Part shown: one piece after another, positions 50,613 through 64,000 of the stretch
How the letters are laid out: every line of letters begins with the position of its first letter
How positions within the stretch are numbered: position 1 is the stretch's first letter
NCBI GenBank assembly: GCA_003344405.1
Contig: NOWV01000265.1
Location: 1-64,000 of the forward strand
DNA from: Trichoplax sp. H2
Taxonomy: Eukaryota
DNA length: 64,000 nt
Direction: 5' to 3'
The notes under the pieces: model-generated
The model's database searches: none
The model's input: the letters and a program-made list of their open reading frames with translations, nothing else
Told to the model about the DNA's origin: nothing
Program-made: the position numbers and the translations under genes

Positions 50613-53600
50613 CTGTAACAGCGATGCAGAAATTAGTGAGCATGAGATACAGAGTCGTAAATGATTTAATTATTTAAGGTTCTACTTTGAATACTGTAAT
50701 AGTTAGCTTACAAAGTAACAAAATAGCGTTTACTTATGCCATAATGTATAGCAGATCGCAAGATATCAAGATTGAATCATCGCAAAAGTTTTTTCTAGCT
50801 AACGAATATATAAACGTGTTTATGGTACTTTGATGCATGATAGTACTCGTATATAGATATATTAATAGATGCTTAACTGCATCGTGTAGTAACTTGCTAG
50901 TAGCTAGCATTAGCCTGTTCATTATTAGAGCTAATGTCAAGAACACGATCAGTTTATGAAACTAAAAATATTGCATAAACGATAGCATCCACATCCATGC
51001 AAGTAAATTATCAATTACTATAAGCCCAAGTTAAATAAAATTAATTTAAATTCGGTCTATCTTAATTATACCTTGCATTCAAACTAATAAAGTTAATAAA
51101 TTATGCCTTACAATAGTAACGTATAATATATATGAATAGTAACTAAAAGAAAGGAAGCATTTGTCGATGTAAAGTAGAGATACCCTCCACACTGGAATTC
51201 AAATCTTACAAAAGCACAAACATGATCCTTATAGAAGCGTACAGCAAAATGCTTAAGATGTTCGTTAACGGTTATGTCCACATTAACAATTACTTAGTAA
51301 TCAATTTTCCGACTACATCTCTGGACAGTTTTAGTAATGCATATGTAGTGCTTTGAAAAAGTACTCAGCACTTTCTAGATTAGTGAAGAATTTCTGTTGA
51401 TGATATCATAAAAAAGTAACCGTGTAAATTAATTGTAATTTATCCTCAGTAAGACTCACGATTTGATATAAGTAAGAGCACACATATCCGCGTACTGTGG
51501 GCGTTTTTTAATAACAAAGAGAACGAAAATAGATGGATTGGAAGTAGTAGATTAAACTGATGTCGTGCAATACAATTAATCTTAGTCTATTCTCACATTC
51601 TATCTCATGACTGATCAAAGAAATGTTATCTAACTTTCATGCTTTCAATGAAGAATACAGAAAAAAGATGGACTGAAAGTAACAGATTCAACCGATGATA
51701 TCCAATAAACTTGATCTTAAAGTTCCATTCTGACATTCTACTTAATGACTGATTAAAGAAACGTTATCAACCTTTCGTGCTACCGGAAAGCTATCTAGCC
51801 TTTTTTAGATTATAAATGACTGTAGTTGCCTGAAAAGTAACGAATATACTAGTATACCGTCCTAGTAATGTGAATATAAAGGCAACAAGAAATGATCATC
51901 TGTATCCCGCGGGCTTATTATTTGGCGCTAGTTTAATTTCTTTCTTCGATACGCCTTACACGTAAATACTAGCACACATAACATTCGCGTGTATATTATC
52001 GACTATATAATCAAATGCCTAAATTACATTGTCTTGCCCGCATCACAACTGGCATATTTTCAATCACACAGAATTTCTGAATTCATCTTTCAGCAGAGAA
52101 TTTTCACGCGATAACCTAAAAGCTAAAGTTAAATTGCCTATGTCCTACCTCGGCTATCATCGGAGTTGGATCATTCATTGCTCAAGAAATAGATCGGTAA
52201 ATGTTTGGGATTAGCTACTTGTAGGAAACCAATCAATTATAAATTAATTCACTATTGAAATATATTAGAATACGTTTTAATTTACTGCTAATCTCAACTC
52301 TCGATTAAAGATTCTAATCTAAGCAAACGCTGCAACTACGGAAGTTGAACAGTAACAGTTCTTCTATTTTCCTTTCGGAAAGCTATTAATTAATTAACCA
52401 ATGTTATTGTATTATTCAAATTTACCCGATTCGCTTGAGGGCAGCTAATGTTGCAGTCAATCTACTATACAGATACGTATGCCATAGACAGTGACATACA
52501 GTGTTGTATCAACGATCATGCACTATTTTAAGTGATGTGCTGTGCACTTTCTTTCAAGTACAGTTTGAAAGCAAACATTCGCATTTTACTCTTCACTAAG
52601 AATTTTCGGATCGGATTTCGGATTTTATGTAGCACTTTCAATCGGATTAAATGTTTAGTCGTAGTGGGGTTACAATACACTACTAAGAACCCTATCGTAT
52701 TGGCTCTAAAAGCAGTCAATAACTATTATATCATTCTGAGCCATGAATTACTGTCTCTCTCTCAAGTATTTACCATCTTATTTATTCATTAATTCATTAA
52801 TTTCACCGCATGTATAAATTACAAGCTTTATTTACTAATAGGATCCAATAATTAATTATCATGCCTATAGATAATGTACGCACCCAATTTCTTTATACTA
52901 TACTACTACATTCACTGGTGAATTTATCACATTATCAAACTATCACAGCATCTAATATTTTAAGCTGAGCCTGATAAATTCCTCATAAAATTATTTTTTT
53001 TATTTTAATAACCTATTTTCTATTATGGGTGTTCGTCACACTGTAGCATGCGGTTCTATCCCTGAAAATTGTAGATCAATAAGCAAGATGATTAAGTATT
53101 GTGTTGCATAAATCAGAAAGATGCTGTTCCTAGAGGATAAAATTGCCCCATATGCAGTAAACTACTCTGTGTCGTGTAACAAGAATGATAACTGTAAGTA
53201 AGTGAATTCAAAAGCGTTGTCCAATACTACTACAGTTACCAGTACTAGAGGATTTAATGTGATCCCATGACTACGAGTAGTGTATGCCTGGTCTTTACGT
53301 GCTGATTTGTCAACGTGTATTCGCATGTTATGTAATTATAGACATACATACAATAACGAATAGTTTTTCAGCTTAAAATCTTGTAATCATATACATAATA
53401 TCGTTTGTAAGACATTCGCTTTTGCAAAATCAGCGCAATACTTCGTACAATAAGATCACAATGAAAATTGTAGAAAAAAACCTTTACATTTATTTGAAGA
53501 TACCGTAGTTTCAATTAATTCCAACAGGTCATAAACCAGAACAGTATAACGTGTAAAGAACTAACGGTGTTGACGCATTATAATTATTTGTACGTCCGAA

Positions 53601-54491
53601 GAATAAACAAATAGGCTTCAATTAGTATCATAATATCAATGACCTCATCATGCTACGTCTTGAAGCTCTTAGTTGTATTATAACTTCATACAATCAGCAA
53701 ATATTCGTAAGTTATTTACGGTTCAATACAAAAACATTCTTACAAATCCATGAGCAATAATTATTGTTAACTATCTTGGTGGTTAAATACGTTATAAATT
53801 AAATCACCAGGATTGCAGTAAGCTGATATTCCTTACTCGTACTGTAATACAGATTACTGACATAAATTTAAAATCATCTCAGTAGCTTCCGAAAGAAACG
53901 TTACAGTATTCATTACGTGACAAATACACAATAAAAGCTGAGTTAACTCGTCACCTTTTAGCCCATAATATCGCAAGTATGTCATAGCTTTCGAGATCGA
54001 GAAAGGCAAAGCTATTAAATAGCGATTGTTGATAGTGTTCATTTCATCAGTTGCATCTCATAATGGGGTAAACTAGCCATTTCCTATTGTTGAAACGTGA
54101 CGTATCTACAGTACAGTTTTTTGTATAATATTTCCCTATGTCTATAACATATGAAATATACAGTAAATACTGTATTAAGAAATCGAAGGCGACGGATTTC
54201 GCGAACCATAAATTAGCACAGCCGAAAATTATCCGTAAATAGCATTAATCGGTTGCGCTGTTCACCTTTTCAATAGAGCCTCTGAACAGTTAGCAATTCA
54301 GTACGCGTCATCGATAATTGCAAATTTTGTCAAGTACTACTGTACACCGAGGTAAAAACTTATGATAACAACCGATCGCCTATCTTTTGATATTGAATAA
54401 AACAATATGTCTAGTAACTCATGATTAAACTTTGATTGTCAGTGTATCATAAATCCACAGTACTATAAGAATTTCGCTTTTTTAATCGACT

Positions 54492-62849
<8,358 letters not shown>

Positions 62850-62994
62850 TTTGGGCTGTTCAACTATTTACCGCGATTGACGTAACGATGATGTCCAAGA
62901 ATCGCCACGATCGTACAATGACTGACACGGTCAACGGGTGTGACGATGGTTTTTATCAGTGCGGTGTGTTGGTGTTGTAACACGCGTGGTGACC

Positions 62995-63105
62995 ATGGTA
63001 CAGTACGTACTGTACAGTACAGTATACGGTACTACTGTACACTGTACACTGTACAGTGTACTGTACGCATAGCGTTTCGTTTTCTTTTCATGTGCACAGT
63101 ACAGC
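62995..63105. repeat. CAGTA/TACTG low-complexity tract upstream of UPF1
   Basis: gtacagtacgtactgtacagtacagt... runs. Confidence 0.85.
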
Positions 63106-64000
63106 ATGATCTTTTTCCTTTCCAATTCTTGAATATGAAGTTAAATACTTTAGTATTAACCAATGTCACATAATGTATACATCAATGAGAGCTTACTGTT
63201 TCCACATATACAAAATATTGGCCGGATTTCATTCAAAAAATGCCCCCGCATGTAATATGTGCTGATTCACCAGATTGGAAAAGGATCATACAGTACTATG
63301 TACTGCAATCCACAGTAGTAAGTACTGGCCTTCGAACAGTACTATGTACTGTGGGTGCACATTGAATTCATTATACACTATGGTATACTGGAATGATGTA
63401 ATCCTGACCAGTAACCACCAACGTACATACTCAGTAGATAGTATCAAAGGCGATCATGATTCGATCAACCGGTGACAAGATGAATAAACCATATAAGCAA
63501 GCACATGCTCTTGATTGTCCATTCGACTGTTATGAATGATCGATTACTAGTACTTTTCAAGTAATCTACAAGTATAGCAGAAAGGAGGAGATTTGTTCAT
63601 TTACTATGGTACAAAGTTCGGCAACATGGAATACGATATACTGTAGTAACTGTATACTGTATGCATCCAAATATCATACTCCATGTTGCCCCATTTTCTA
63701 CCATCGTGTTATTTTTACGCGTATTGATGCTATAAATAAATAGTTCAATTTATTACCGAGTCGGAAAAGACGATCGAATTCGAGTCTGATTTGGACTGAT
63801 TACTGTATATAGATTGATATACAGTATTACTAGTGCTTTGGGGGGGGGGGGAAAGGATTTACACAAAAAGCGCTACTTTCGAAAACGTCTTGTCTTAGGT
63901 CGAGATATGACAGTATATTCGTACAGAACAGTAAAGTAGAATGTAAAGATTTTGGCCATTTTAACCTTTAAAATCCCATACAAGACGTGTACTGTATTGT

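Noticed and set aside
53020..53302. Possible spliced exons (donor 53239, acceptor 53062) downstream of UPF1, suggesting a 3'-UTR intron
   Set aside because: Only short splice-like words are present, with no homology or transcript evidence.

Overview
AT-rich eukaryotic (animal) genomic DNA with many short GT-AG introns and CAGTA/TACTG low-complexity tracts. The style suggests a compact early-branching animal such as a placozoan, which is an inference only. In order, the window holds: (i) four tandem SLC35F3/F4-like membrane-transporter genes on the minus strand, the first truncated by the window edge and one carrying apparent lesions; (ii) PMF1/Nnf1-like (+); (iii) USE1 (-) head-to-head with IER3IP1/Yos1 (+) across an assembly gap; (iv) three tandem SH3-SH2-tyrosine-kinase genes of the CSK family (-); (v) UPF1 (-). 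The two most notable observations are as follows. First, one CSK has intact catalytic motifs while the two paralogues have open spliced reading frames but lack them (DFG->NFN, alphaC E->Q, degenerate G-loop) and keep the SH2 arginine, so they are candidate CSK-derived pseudokinases. Second, two of the SLC35F paralogues carry a 130-bp tandem repeat in intron 1 that generates an array of in-frame, symmetric 30-nt AG|...|GT micro-exons. All gene models were spliced and translated by hand. No database search was run, so family names rest on recalled motifs.
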